Positions 47,603 to 56,917 of a DNA stretch of 64,000 nt are shown one piece after another. The first letter of the stretch is position 1. Each line of letters starts with the position of its first letter. The notes beneath the pieces were generated by a model that had not been told where the DNA came from, did no database searches, and worked only from the letters and a program-made list of their open reading frames with translations. Source of the DNA: Thermodesulfovibrionales bacterium (lineage in GTDB: Bacteria; Nitrospirota; Thermodesulfovibrionia; Thermodesulfovibrionales; UBA6898); the NCBI GenBank assembly GCA_044450345.1, contig JBIOIY010000004.1, positions 1-64,000 of the forward strand. The letters are read 5' to 3'. Position numbers and translations under genes: made by a program.

Positions 47603-48982
47603 TCAGTACGCCCCTTCTCTTTTTATGACGATCCGCACGGTCTTGAGAAGGATCACGATGTCGAGCCAGAGGTTCCAGTTTCTGACATACCACGAATCCA
47701 GCGACATGCGGTAATCATAACTCGTGTTGCTTCTGCCGCTCACCTGCCAAAGGCCTGTTATCCCCGGCTTTGTCAGCAGGATGGTATAATCACGGTCCCC
47801 CATCTCCTGCTTTTCTCTGGGCAGGTACGGTCTGGGGCCGACGAGGCTCATCTGCCCTTTCAGGACGTTGAAGACCTGGGGCAGTTCATCGAGGGAGGTC
47901 GATCGCAGAAACCTTCCTACCCTTGTCACCCTAGGGTCCTCGCTGAGCTTCCAATGAGTGTCCCATTCGCGCTGTGCTTCAGGGTCTCCGTCGAGTAGCC
48001 CGGTCAGACTATCCTCCGCGTCTTCGTACATGGTCCTGAACTTGTAACAGTTAAAGGACAGGCCTTTTTTGCCTATGCGCTCCTGAGAAAAAAAAGCCTG
48101 CCCCTTTGAGTCAAGTCTGATCAGGGCCGCAATGACGGCCATGGGTATCGATAGGAGGGGCAGCATCAGGACGCTCATGATCATATCGAAACACCGCTTG
48201 ATAAAGATGTTCAACGGGTTGGAGAGGTTGTTCTTCATCTCGAAGGCAAATGCCTCCTCATGGAAGAAATGCTGAAGGTTCGTCCCGGTGACGGCGATGC
48301 CGAAAATGTCCGGAACGAAAAGAATGCGTTCGACCTTATGCTGCAGACCGTTGATGAGCCCTTGCAATCTCTCCTTGCCGGCCCCGGGCATGGCGATAAA
48401 GAGGTCCTCGATATTACATCCCTTTACATATTCTGCGGCCCTGTCTATGCCCCTGTGGACCTTTATCCCGTCTATTCTCATACCGTATTTCTTGGGGTCG
48501 TCGTCTACGAAACCAAGTATTTCATAACCGTAATTAGGTTCTTTCTTGAGCGCCCTCACAATAAGCTTCCCTGTCTCTCCTGCTCCCAGGATGAGGACCC
48601 TGCGCTTGAGAAGACCGAATCGTCTAAGGACCTTCTTCGAGATGGTCCGTATGAGCGGGAAGACTATGAGCGAGACAACCCCCATGACGACTACGACCGT
48701 CCTGGACATATCCTCTCCCAGTTTCCCTATCGATGAAACGGTGAAGACGCCGACTGTGGAGAAGAAAGAGACTTTCCATAGCGCCTCTATTTCGTCCCAG
48801 AACGAGAACCTTTTTGTATACATGCCCTCATAATATAAGAAGAAAAGCCAGACGAGAAACACCCACCAGACGTCGCCGATGCCCTTGTAAAAGAAGACGC
48901 GCGGGAAGCCGTAATAAAAAAGAGGAAGCACGTCGGTCCTCATAAATACCGCGATACGGAATATCGTCAGGACGGCGACCAC
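47603..48982 (-). CDS. wbaP: Undecaprenyl-phosphate sugar-1-phosphate transferase (WbaP family); true start possibly about 49042
   Basis: ILGAG..G, KR.FD, KFRTM, DPRVT.VG.FLR.TSLDELPQ..NVLKG.MSLVGPRP, PGITGLWQVSGR. Confidence 0.88.
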   Translation of the reverse strand: MVAVLTIFRIAVFMRTDVLPLFYYGFPRVFFYKGIGDVWWVFLVWLFFLYYEGMYTKRFSFWDEIEALWKVSFFSTVGVFTVSSIGKLGEDMSRTVVVVMGVVSLIVFPLIRTISKKVLRRFGLLKRRVLILGAGETGKLIVRALKKEPNYGYEILGFVDDDPKKYGMRIDGIKVHRGIDRAAEYVKGCNIEDLFIAMPGAGKERLQGLINGLQHKVERILFVPDIFGIAVTGTNLQHFFHEEAFAFEMKNNLSNPLNIFIKRCFDMIMSVLMLPLLSIPMAVIAALIRLDSKGQAFFSQERIGKKGLSFNCYKFRTMYEDAEDSLTGLLDGDPEAQREWDTHWKLSEDPRVTRVGRFLRSTSLDELPQVFNVLKGQMSLVGPRPYLPREKQEMGDRDYTILLTKPGITGLWQVSGRSNTSYDYRMSLDSWYVRNWNLWLDIVILLKTVRIVIKREGAY

Positions 48983-49037
48983 ATCGACAAAAAAAACGGC
49001 AAGGGCTTCCGCAGCGGATTTGACCCTGTGTATGGAC

Positions 49038-49775
49038 TTAATAAGTGCCTCCCATAAGTGTTGCGGTGACCCTGCCCACCGCCACCTTAGTCTGCATTTT
49101 GACGGGGACGCGTTTCTCGTCGTCCGTGAGCCAGATATACATGTCGCCTCTTTTGTTGAAGATGCCTTCCGACTTCAGAAGCGGTTTTATGACGATGGTA
49201 TCGAAGTTCCCGACTTTGGTGCCGATTCTTTCCTTCCTGATGACCTGGACTTCTACGTTCCACAGCTTCTTGTTGTCAAGGACATCAACATAGACGGATT
49301 TACCCACCTCAGCCTTCAGCGTTCTGACATAGTAAAAGCCGGAAAGCGGATCTAAGGTTTTGTCCCGTATCTCTATGTCTTTCTTCTCTCCGGTCAAGTG
49401 GTCGGTTAAGGAGGCCCTGTGCTTGGTGCCGTCGAAGACGACCTCTTTGTTCCTTTTGTATCTGCCTTCCCTGATCCTGACCCTGTAATTCCGGGGCGTG
49501 CCGATTACCGCACGGGGGCCGGGCGCTGAGAGTTCCGCCTCTATCTTGTCGTCTACCGTGTAAAATACGGAAATCCAGTCGGCCGACCGGGCGGTCGAGA
49601 CGATCCTCGTTATCTCATTTTCACTTCTGACCTCGAGGGTCGCAGTCCCGGTTTTTATTCCGGCCCATGTGAGGTCGTACACCAGCCTCTCCGGCACCCG
49701 GAAGCCCGAGGCATAGGTGAGGGCGGAAAAGACAAAAAAAAGCGCCAATAGGCCGATACGCGCGCATTTTTTCAT
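49038..49775 (-). CDS. Secreted DUF3108-like protein
   Basis: Signal peptide; E.L.Y...W.G...G.A.L, DPLS..YY.R, IWLTDD..R.PVK. Confidence 0.7.
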   Translation of the reverse strand: MKKCARIGLLALFFVFSALTYASGFRVPERLVYDLTWAGIKTGTATLEVRSENEITRIVSTARSADWISVFYTVDDKIEAELSAPGPRAVIGTPRNYRVRIREGRYKRNKEVVFDGTKHRASLTDHLTGEKKDIEIRDKTLDPLSGFYYVRTLKAEVGKSVYVDVLDNKKLWNVEVQVIRKERIGTKVGNFDTIVIKPLLKSEGIFNKRGDMYIWLTDDEKRVPVKMQTKVAVGRVTATLMGGTY

Positions 49776-49851
49776 ATCAGGATTATTTCCCCGACCGGCG
49801 ACTTCATGAGACCTCCTGGAGAATTGCAGATTTTTTCTGCTATATTAATCT

Positions 49852-50580
49852 ATGTTGATTATTCCTGCAATAGATTTAAAAGACGGGTGCTGTGTGAGAC
49901 TCCAGCAGGGCAAGAAGGAAGCGGTGACCGTCTATTCCAAAGACCCCGTCCTTACCGCCAAGAGGTGGGAGGCAGGCGGGGCCGAAGTGCTTCATGTCGT
50001 TGACCTTGACGGCGCCTTCAGCGGAGGCCAGAAGAACTTCGGGAGCATCCTGCAGATAAGAAAATCCGTAAAGATGGTGATGGAGGTCGGCGGCGGGATA
50101 AGAGACATTGCGGCCGTAACCAAACTTCTTTCCGCGGGAATCGACCGCGTCATAATAGGGACATCTGCCATAGAAGACTCGGCCTTTGTGGTCGAGGCCT
50201 GCAATAAATTCCCGGGAAAGATATTTGTCGGAATAGATGCGAAGGACGGGAAAGTGGCGGTGAGGGGATGGGAAGAGGTGAGCACTGTTGAGGCGAAGGA
50301 ACTTGCCGAACGGGTCGAGACTGTCGGCGTTGCCGGCATAGTCTATACGGACATTTCGAGAGACGGCATGCTTACCGGCCCTAACATTTCGGCCCAGCAG
50401 GAGATGGTCGGTACGGTCACTATTCCGGTGATCGCCTCGGGCGGCATCGCGACGATAGATGACATAAAAGGGCTTTTGCAGATAAAGGGCCTTTGGGGGG
50501 CGATAACGGGCAAGGCGATATATGCCGGCTCGCTCGATCTTCGCGAAGCAATACGCCTGGCTGCGGATGCTGTCGACTGA
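49852..50580 (+). CDS. hisA: ProFAR isomerase (histidine biosynthesis)
   Basis: [41 protein letters not shown]. Confidence 0.96.
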   Translation: MLIIPAIDLKDGCCVRLQQGKKEAVTVYSKDPVLTAKRWEAGGAEVLHVVDLDGAFSGGQKNFGSILQIRKSVKMVMEVGGGIRDIAAVTKLLSAGIDRVIIGTSAIEDSAFVVEACNKFPGKIFVGIDAKDGKVAVRGWEEVSTVEAKELAERVETVGVAGIVYTDISRDGMLTGPNISAQQEMVGTVTIPVIASGGIATIDDIKGLLQIKGLWGAITGKAIYAGSLDLREAIRLAADAVD

Positions 50581-51437
50581 TGCTCGCTAAACGAATCATC
50601 CCCTGTCTCGACGTAAAGGACGGCCGCGTGGTCAAGGGCGTCAGTTTTGTAAACTTGCGGGACGCCGGCGACCCCGTCGATAATGCGAAATTTTACGACG
50701 AACAGGGTGCCGATGAACTGATTTTCCTCGATATCACCGCCTCTCATGAAAAACGGAAGATCATACTCGACGTGGTGGAACGCACCGCCGAGGACGTTTT
50801 CATGCCCTTGACCGTCGGCGGCGGGATAAAGACCCTCGACGATATCCGGGACCTCCTTAACGCGGGATGCGATAAGGTCTCGATCAACACGACCGCGGTG
50901 AAAGACCCTTTCTTTATCAGCAGGGCGGCCGAGAAATTCGGGAGCCAATGCATTGTAGTGGCGATAGATGCCAAGAGGGTAACGTCCGATATGTCCGACT
51001 TTACAGGCGAGGGCTGGCTGGACGACCCCGCTCTTAAAGACGTCCGCCTTACACTTCCTGCCCCCCCTGTTCCCCGGGGCAACGGGAGGGTGTGGGCTAT
51101 CTCGACGCACGGCGGCAGGAAGATGAAGCGTATCGATGCGGTCAAGTGGGCAAAGAAGATGGAGGAACTCGGGGCCGGCGAGTTTATGCTGACAAGCATG
51201 GACAAGGACGGGACCAAGGACGGCTACGACATCGAATTGACGCGGACCATATCAGAAACAGTTTCCATCCCGGTCATCGCCTCGGGCGGCGCCGGAACTC
51301 TTGCTCACCTCTACGACGGACTCGTCAGTGGCAAGGCGGATGCAGTGCTTGCGGCGTCCATCTTTCACTTCAGGGAATTTACCGTCAAAGAGGCTAAGGA
51401 ATATCTCCGCTCAAAAGGGGTCGCGGTAAGGCTGTAA
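50580..51437 (+). CDS. hisF: Imidazole glycerol phosphate synthase cyclase subunit
   Basis: [46 protein letters not shown]; start overlaps hisA stop. Confidence 0.96.
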   Translation: MLAKRIIPCLDVKDGRVVKGVSFVNLRDAGDPVDNAKFYDEQGADELIFLDITASHEKRKIILDVVERTAEDVFMPLTVGGGIKTLDDIRDLLNAGCDKVSINTTAVKDPFFISRAAEKFGSQCIVVAIDAKRVTSDMSDFTGEGWLDDPALKDVRLTLPAPPVPRGNGRVWAISTHGGRKMKRIDAVKWAKKMEELGAGEFMLTSMDKDGTKDGYDIELTRTISETVSIPVIASGGAGTLAHLYDGLVSGKADAVLAASIFHFREFTVKEAKEYLRSKGVAVRL

Positions 51438-51542
51438 ATCCCTTCGCCTCTCATTTCATTCGAACTCATTTTTTACCCTTGCTATTGCCGTTTGATATGA
51501 TAACCTGTAATCATAAGTCGAACTATTTACGGAGGAAAAATT

Positions 51543-51722
51543 ATGAAGATGGAACTTGAGGGCACGCTTTTGAAGTTCACGCCGGAAAACGACAGGGAAA
51601 AGGCGGAACTGAACCAGCTCTGGACGATAGTAATCGGATGCGTGAGCGAAGGCAAAAAACTGGTCCCTGTCGGTCAATACCTGCCGGGCATAAAGGAAGT
51701 TGCGGTATTCAACATAGAGTAG
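51543..51722 (+). CDS. Small hypothetical protein (59 aa)
   Basis: GGAGG SD then MKMELEG...FTPEN..E...L.QLW...KKLVPVGQYLPG...FNIE*; below the ORF-track cutoff. Confidence 0.7.
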   Translation: MKMELEGTLLKFTPENDREKAELNQLWTIVIGCVSEGKKLVPVGQYLPGIKEVAVFNIE

Positions 51723-51979
51723 AAGACAAGAAAAAAATCGGGGTCGTCGCCTATTCAGGCTATAAAGGAGAGGAGACGCCCCGATCTTTTTTGCTCGGAG
51801 ACGTCAAAGTAGATGTCGTCTCAGTTATAAGGTCGTGGATAGAAGAGTCGTTGCAGGACAAGGGACGAAGGAGATTTTTCAAAGTCAGGGGCGGCGACGG
51901 AGTTACGTATACGCTATATCTCGACGAAGTCCAAGCCGAATGGTTTTTGGCCGGAGAATGCATTATTAAGGTCTCATAA
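51638..51979 (+). CDS. Hypothetical protein; start uncertain, protein-like part begins near 51720
   Basis: V.AYSGYKGEETPRSF...W......FKV...DG..Y.L..D....W pattern. Confidence 0.5.
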   Translation: MRERRQKTGPCRSIPAGHKGSCGIQHRVEDKKKIGVVAYSGYKGEETPRSFLLGDVKVDVVSVIRSWIEESLQDKGRRRFFKVRGGDGVTYTLYLDEVQAEWFLAGECIIKVS

Positions 51980-52026
51980 TTGAAAAGACATTTTATTGAA
52001 AAATCTCCCCTGACCCACTCCCGGGG

Positions 52027-52086
52027 ATCATAACTCCCCCTTCCCCCTCTTAGCTTAAGAGGGGGTGCCGGAGGCGGGGGCGTTAT
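52027..52086. repeat. Intergenic palindromic repeat element, copy 1
   Basis: atcataactccccc..ccccctctta..taagaggggg...gggggcgttat; related copy at 61257-61371. Confidence 0.7.
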
Positions 52087-52101
52087 TCCCTTATGAGAAT
52101 A

Positions 52102-53349
52102 TTAATGAACCTCTCCCCGTAGCTTTCGTATGCGCTCGACGATAGGCGGGTGCGAATAGTAGAACTTCGCATAGAGCGGATGCGGATGAAGGTTCGAGAG
52201 ATTGTCCTTCGAGAGCTTAATCAGGGATGTTGCGAGGCTCCCGGGGTCTCCCGTCAATTCAATTGCGAAACGGTCCGCTTCGTCTTCGTGCCTTCTTGAA
52301 AAGTAACTCGACAGCGGCGTAAAGGGGAAGGCGGCAATGCCGAAGAGAAATCCGATGATGATCAACTTTGCGAAGAAAGCTTCCCCCTGAAGATTGAACA
52401 TATCTGAAAGAACATCCGACCTGAGGATCAGAAAGGACAGATAGGCGCCTGCCAGGGACATGCATTCGAAGAGTACGATCCGTTTTAAGACGTGCTTCTT
52501 TTTCCAGTGTCCGGCTTCATGGGCAAGTACGGCGAGAATCTCGCTCTGCGCCATCATCTCCATCAGCGTATCGAACAGGACGATCCTTTTCACCCTTCCG
52601 ATCCCGGTGAAATAGGCGTTTGTGTGGCGGCTCCTTTTCGACGCGTCGATAGTGAAAACGCGGCTTACGCGGACCCCGACCTTCTGCATCATCTCCCTGA
52701 TCTTTTCTTCCAGTTCACCGCCTTCCAAAGGGGTGAACTTGTTGAAGAGCGGTTCGATGACGTAGGGGGATATATACATAAGGAATATGCTGAGGACGAA
52801 GAAAAACCCCCATACGAAAAGCCACCAGTACCCCGGGCTCTGCCGTACGATGGAAAGCCCGCCGAGCGATATGGTCCCGAGAATGACCGTCGACAGGAAG
52901 AGCGATTTGATCAGGTCGGCGACCCAGAGCTTCCAGGTCATGGTATTGAACCCGTATTTGTTTTCTATCCGGAACGTCGAGTAAAGGCTGAAGGGGATGG
53001 TGAGCAATGTATTGGCGAAGGTCAAAACAAGGAAAAATACAGCGCCTTTCATGACAAACGGCAGGCCAAGGGAACCGATCCAGCGGTTGTAGAGGCTTAG
53101 TACCCCTCCGTAAAGAAAAATTATTATGACTATATTGCCGAAGATGGACTCGATGAAAGAAAGCGAACTCGTCTCGATGGTGTATTCATGAGACTTCCTG
53201 AGCACCGACTCATCGATATATCCCTCGAACCCTTCCGGGACGAGCATGCCGTATTTTTTCATATAACTGAGGTTCAGGAATTTGAGCCAGTATTCGAACC
53301 CCTGGACAAAGAGATACGCGCACAATATGGCGAGCTGGTATTTTTGCAT
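52102..53349 (-). CDS. M48 family zinc metalloprotease (Ste24/CAAX protease-like)
   Basis: IE..YGFN, PLFNKFTPL, NAYFTG.G..KRIVLFDTL, HEAGH, E.EAD, YSHPP. Confidence 0.92.
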   Translation of the reverse strand: MQKYQLAILCAYLFVQGFEYWLKFLNLSYMKKYGMLVPEGFEGYIDESVLRKSHEYTIETSSLSFIESIFGNIVIIIFLYGGVLSLYNRWIGSLGLPFVMKGAVFFLVLTFANTLLTIPFSLYSTFRIENKYGFNTMTWKLWVADLIKSLFLSTVILGTISLGGLSIVRQSPGYWWLFVWGFFFVLSIFLMYISPYVIEPLFNKFTPLEGGELEEKIREMMQKVGVRVSRVFTIDASKRSRHTNAYFTGIGRVKRIVLFDTLMEMMAQSEILAVLAHEAGHWKKKHVLKRIVLFECMSLAGAYLSFLILRSDVLSDMFNLQGEAFFAKLIIIGFLFGIAAFPFTPLSSYFSRRHEDEADRFAIELTGDPGSLATSLIKLSKDNLSNLHPHPLYAKFYYSHPPIVERIRKLRGEVH

Positions 53350-53450
53350 TTTCCGCGACCTGAAGGAATAGTATAGCACTTGCCGGAGGGATATCCGAAA
53401 ATGGCCGTTTCATCGGTTATAATAGAAAATCACGTTGAAAGGAGTCTCAA

Positions 53451-53876
53451 ATGACCACAGTCAAAGAAGGAGATACCATCAGGATACATTTCGTAGGCAA
53501 ACTTGCCGACGGCACTGTTTTCGATACGTCGGAGGGCGGGGCCTCACTCGAAATAAAGGTAGGCAGTGGAGAATTTCTCCCGGGGCTCGAAAGGGGCGTC
53601 CTCGGCATGAGCGCCGGAGAAAAAAGGACGATACGGATTGCCGCGGGAGAAGGCTACCCATACCATAAGGAAAGGGTCTTCGAGTACGACCGGTCCAGGC
53701 TGCCCGAGGGCTTTATTCCGACAGTGGGCGGGCAGTTCCAGATGTTCCGCGCAGACGGACAGCCGGTAACGGTGACGATCAGCGGCTTGGGCGATAAGAC
53801 GGTCACGCTGGATTGCAACCAGCCCCTCGCCGGTAAGGACCTGGTGTTTGATATCACCCTCGAGGAGATCCTATAG
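53451..53876 (+). CDS. FKBP-type PPIase (SlyD/SlpA-like)
   Basis: G.L.DGTVFD.S, G.G...PGLE, D.N.PLAGK.L.F. Confidence 0.88.
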   Translation: MTTVKEGDTIRIHFVGKLADGTVFDTSEGGASLEIKVGSGEFLPGLERGVLGMSAGEKRTIRIAAGEGYPYHKERVFEYDRSRLPEGFIPTVGGQFQMFRADGQPVTVTISGLGDKTVTLDCNQPLAGKDLVFDITLEEIL

Positions 53877-53887
53877 AAGCTCCCTGA

Positions 53888-54925
53888 ATGGCAAAGAGAA
53901 TTAATCTAAAATCTCTCCCGAAGGACGGCCTCCATCTGTTTATTGAAGAGGCCGGTCTCCCCCGCTTCCGGGCGGGGCAACTCATCCACTGGATATATCA
54001 GAAGTATGTTTCAGATATCGCCGGCATCACCGAGTTTTCGAAGGAACTCAGGTCCACGCTGAGTGGTCTGTCATATATAAGCGACCTGCAACTTGCCGGG
54101 AGGCTGAAGTCTTCGGATGGCACGGAAAAGTTCCTCTTCTCCCTCGAAGACGGCGAAACGATCGAGAGCGTACTTATCCCTGATGACGCACGCCTGACGC
54201 TCTGCATATCATCTCAGGTCGGATGCGCGATGGGCTGCAAATTTTGCCTTACCGGGAAGCTAGGCCTGGTCAGAAGCCTGAGGGCCTTCGAGATCGTCGA
54301 CCAGGTGATCGCGGTGAACAGGCTTATCCTTCCCCGGAAGATTACGAATATTGTCTTGATGGGGATGGGAGAGCCGCTTGCGAACCTCGGTGAGGTTTCG
54401 GAGGCGCTCTGGCGGACCACCGAATATATCGGCATATCAAAGAGGAGGATAACCCTTTCGACAGCCGGACTTGTCCCGGGGATGGGGCTTCTCGCCGATA
54501 AGGCGCCCGAGGTGAATCTCGCGGTTTCGCTGAACGCCTCGACCGACCGGGTAAGGGACAAGATCATGCCGGTGAACAAGAGGTACCCGCTTAAGTCCCT
54601 CATCGAGGCCTGCAGGAGGTTCCCTCTCGGGCCGGGGAGGAGGATAACCTTCGAATATGTCCTGATAGGCGGTGTGAACGATTCTGTCGAAGACGCCCGG
54701 CGGCTTGTGGAACTTGTGAGGGGCCTTCGGTGCAAGGTAAACCTAATACCGCTGAACCCTCATGCGGGAAGCGCACTGAAGCGGCCGGCCGACACGACCG
54801 TGCTTGCGTTTCAGAAAGTACTTTCCAGCCACAGCCTTACCGCCCTTATAAGGGAGAGCAAGGGACAGGACATCCTTGCGGCCTGCGGACAGCTCAGGGC
54901 GGATTATCCGAAGAAGGGCAGTTGA
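53888..54925 (+). CDS. rlmN: 23S rRNA A2503 / tRNA C2-methyltransferase
   Basis: CISSQVGCAMGCKFC, MGMGEP, FEYVL, VNLIP.N, G.DI.AACGQL. Confidence 0.95.
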   Translation: MAKRINLKSLPKDGLHLFIEEAGLPRFRAGQLIHWIYQKYVSDIAGITEFSKELRSTLSGLSYISDLQLAGRLKSSDGTEKFLFSLEDGETIESVLIPDDARLTLCISSQVGCAMGCKFCLTGKLGLVRSLRAFEIVDQVIAVNRLILPRKITNIVLMGMGEPLANLGEVSEALWRTTEYIGISKRRITLSTAGLVPGMGLLADKAPEVNLAVSLNASTDRVRDKIMPVNKRYPLKSLIEACRRFPLGPGRRITFEYVLIGGVNDSVEDARRLVELVRGLRCKVNLIPLNPHAGSALKRPADTTVLAFQKVLSSHSLTALIRESKGQDILAACGQLRADYPKKGS

Positions 54926-55024
54926 CCCGCCCTTTGGGGTGATTACTGAGAGAAGGTTGTCGTATATTTCTCTTTACTTGACGGACGGCCTTCTGATAGC
55001 TTAAAAAACAGTGACAATAAATTT

Positions 55025-55747
55025 ATGTGCCGGGAGGCAAATGGTTTGATAAGATCGAAGATTTTTCTTCTTGTAATTATTATCTGCCTTTCCGGGGCCT
55101 GCGCGACGACAGACAGGACGAACAAGGCGGAGGCGTACCATAAGCTCGGCATCGCATATCTCAATGAAAACAAGATCCAGCAGGCGTTCGTTGAATTCCA
55201 TAAGGCCTATGAACTCGATCCGCACAACAAGGAGATCCTCTTCGCAATAGGGACAGTCTATCTCCTTCACCTCGATGAGACGGACAAGGCCATCGAGTAT
55301 TTCGAAAAGGCTGTGAAGGAGGACCCGCTTTATTCGGAGGCATTCAACAGCCTCGGCTACGGCTTTGAAAAAAAAGGCGACTTCGAAAAGGCGATATCTT
55401 TTTACAGGAAGGCGCTTTCAAATCCGCTTTATCCGACCGCTGAAAAGGCATACATCAATATGGGCAATTCCTACTACCGGCTCGGCAACTTCGGTGCGGC
55501 CTTACAATCTTACAAGGAAGCGATAAAAAGGTCGCCGGGTCTTAGCCTTGCATACTGGAAGATCGCTCTTTGTCTTAACGCAATGGGCAGATACGGCGAC
55601 GCGTCGACTGCTGTTTCCGAGGCGGTAAAACTGGAGTACGGCGGCGACAGGGAAAAGGCGATCGAAGACCTCAGTCTCAGGAAGTTAAAGGCAAAAGGCA
55701 GTGAGGAGCGGGACATACAGGACTACATCGAGATCCTAAAGTACTGA
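55025..55747 (+). CDS. TPR lipoprotein, PilF/PilW-like
   Basis: Lipobox-like SGAC; tandem TPRs; AL.NPLY.T; adjacent to rlmN. Confidence 0.75.
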   Translation: MCREANGLIRSKIFLLVIIICLSGACATTDRTNKAEAYHKLGIAYLNENKIQQAFVEFHKAYELDPHNKEILFAIGTVYLLHLDETDKAIEYFEKAVKEDPLYSEAFNSLGYGFEKKGDFEKAISFYRKALSNPLYPTAEKAYINMGNSYYRLGNFGAALQSYKEAIKRSPGLSLAYWKIALCLNAMGRYGDASTAVSEAVKLEYGGDREKAIEDLSLRKLKAKGSEERDIQDYIEILKY

Positions 55748-55805
55748 CGGACCTGCCGCTGCTTCCCAGTCCAAGAATTATTTGCCTGTCCTTGATCTTC
55801 AGTGG

Positions 55806-55834
55806 TTGACATGCCCCCTTTTTGGATATATGAT
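55806..55834 (+). promoter_or_regulatory. Sigma70 promoter of the first ompA-like gene
   Basis: TTGACA-N17-TATGAT. Confidence 0.7.
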
Positions 55835-55867
55835 TTTTTTAAATTTAACCATCTGTAAGGAGGGAGT

Positions 55868-56830
55868 ATGAAAAAACTTGCATTTTTTCTCTTTGTTTTT
55901 ATTTCGGTATTTGTACTTCCCACGATGCTGTATGCGGAAATAAAAGAAGGAAGCTTCGAGGTCAACCCATACGTAGGGTATTATTTCCCATCAGGGGACA
56001 GGGCCGACAAGGGGGCTGCCGGCCTCCGTCTGGGATACAATTTTACAAAAAACTGGGGCTTGGAGGGCGTCTATGACCATCTTGCCTCGAAAGCGGAGCT
56101 ATACCATGCCAACGCCCTGTATCACATTATGCCGGATGGCGCTTTCAATCCCTTTGTTACCGCAGGCATAGGAGACGCCTTCATAAAAGACGGCACCCGT
56201 AACAAGTTTATGGGAGATGTGGGTATTGGCGTCAAGTATTCCTTTTCCGACAGAATTGCCGCCAGGTTCGATGTCAGAGAAGTCATGACGCAGTTCAGCT
56301 GTGTTCTGGCAACAGCGGGTGTTACTTTCACCTTCGGCGGAAAGACCCCGAAGGCGGTGCCTCCACCTCCACCACCTCCGCCACCACCTGCGCCTGAGGT
56401 AAAACCCACTCCGCCACCACCTGCGCCGGAGGAGAAACCCGCGCCTCCTCCTCCTGCACCTGCAAAAGAGGTGAAGATAATACTTGAGGACATCCATTTT
56501 GAATTCGACAAAGCGACGCTCACCGCTGCCGCCAGGGAAATCCTTGACAGCAATTTGAGCGTCATAAGGGATAATCCCGGCATTCGCGTCCAGATCGAAG
56601 GGCATGCCTGCCCGCATGGATCAGATAAATATAACATGGGTCTCAGCGAAAGAAGGGCGAATGCGGTGAAGGAATACCTCGTAAAGGCCGGAATCCAGGA
56701 AGAGAGGCTTACGACGATAGCCTATGGCAAGACAAGACCTCTTTGTGTCGAGGAGCCTACTCCTAAAAATAAAAACTCCGAGTGCATGAAATCTGACAGG
56801 AGAGTCCATTTCGAAGTCATCATGAAGTAA
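55868..56830 (+). CDS. OmpA-family outer membrane protein (beta-barrel, Pro linker, OmpA-C domain)
   Basis: Signal peptide, G.RLGYNF, poly-Pro hinge, IHFEFDKA.L, N..LSERRA..V..YL, RRV.F. Confidence 0.9.
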   Translation: MKKLAFFLFVFISVFVLPTMLYAEIKEGSFEVNPYVGYYFPSGDRADKGAAGLRLGYNFTKNWGLEGVYDHLASKAELYHANALYHIMPDGAFNPFVTAGIGDAFIKDGTRNKFMGDVGIGVKYSFSDRIAARFDVREVMTQFSCVLATAGVTFTFGGKTPKAVPPPPPPPPPPAPEVKPTPPPPAPEEKPAPPPPAPAKEVKIILEDIHFEFDKATLTAAAREILDSNLSVIRDNPGIRVQIEGHACPHGSDKYNMGLSERRANAVKEYLVKAGIQEERLTTIAYGKTRPLCVEEPTPKNKNSECMKSDRRVHFEVIMK

Positions 56831-56853
56831 AGATTAATAAAAGGCGGATAACA

Positions 56854-56891
56854 AGAAAGCCCCTGACTGCTTATACTGTCAGGGGCTTTCT
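56854..56891. terminator. Bidirectional terminator between convergent genes
   Basis: agaaagcccctgac / gtcaggggctttct 14-bp stem. Confidence 0.8.
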
Positions 56892-56917
56892 CTTTGTGCT
56901 GCGTCCGAGATTCCCTC

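Noticed and set aside
56355..56465. CCA/CCT-rich tandem repeats, considered as a VNTR or CRISPR
   Set aside because: They simply encode the poly-proline hinge of OmpA; no repeat-spacer array was seen anywhere in the window
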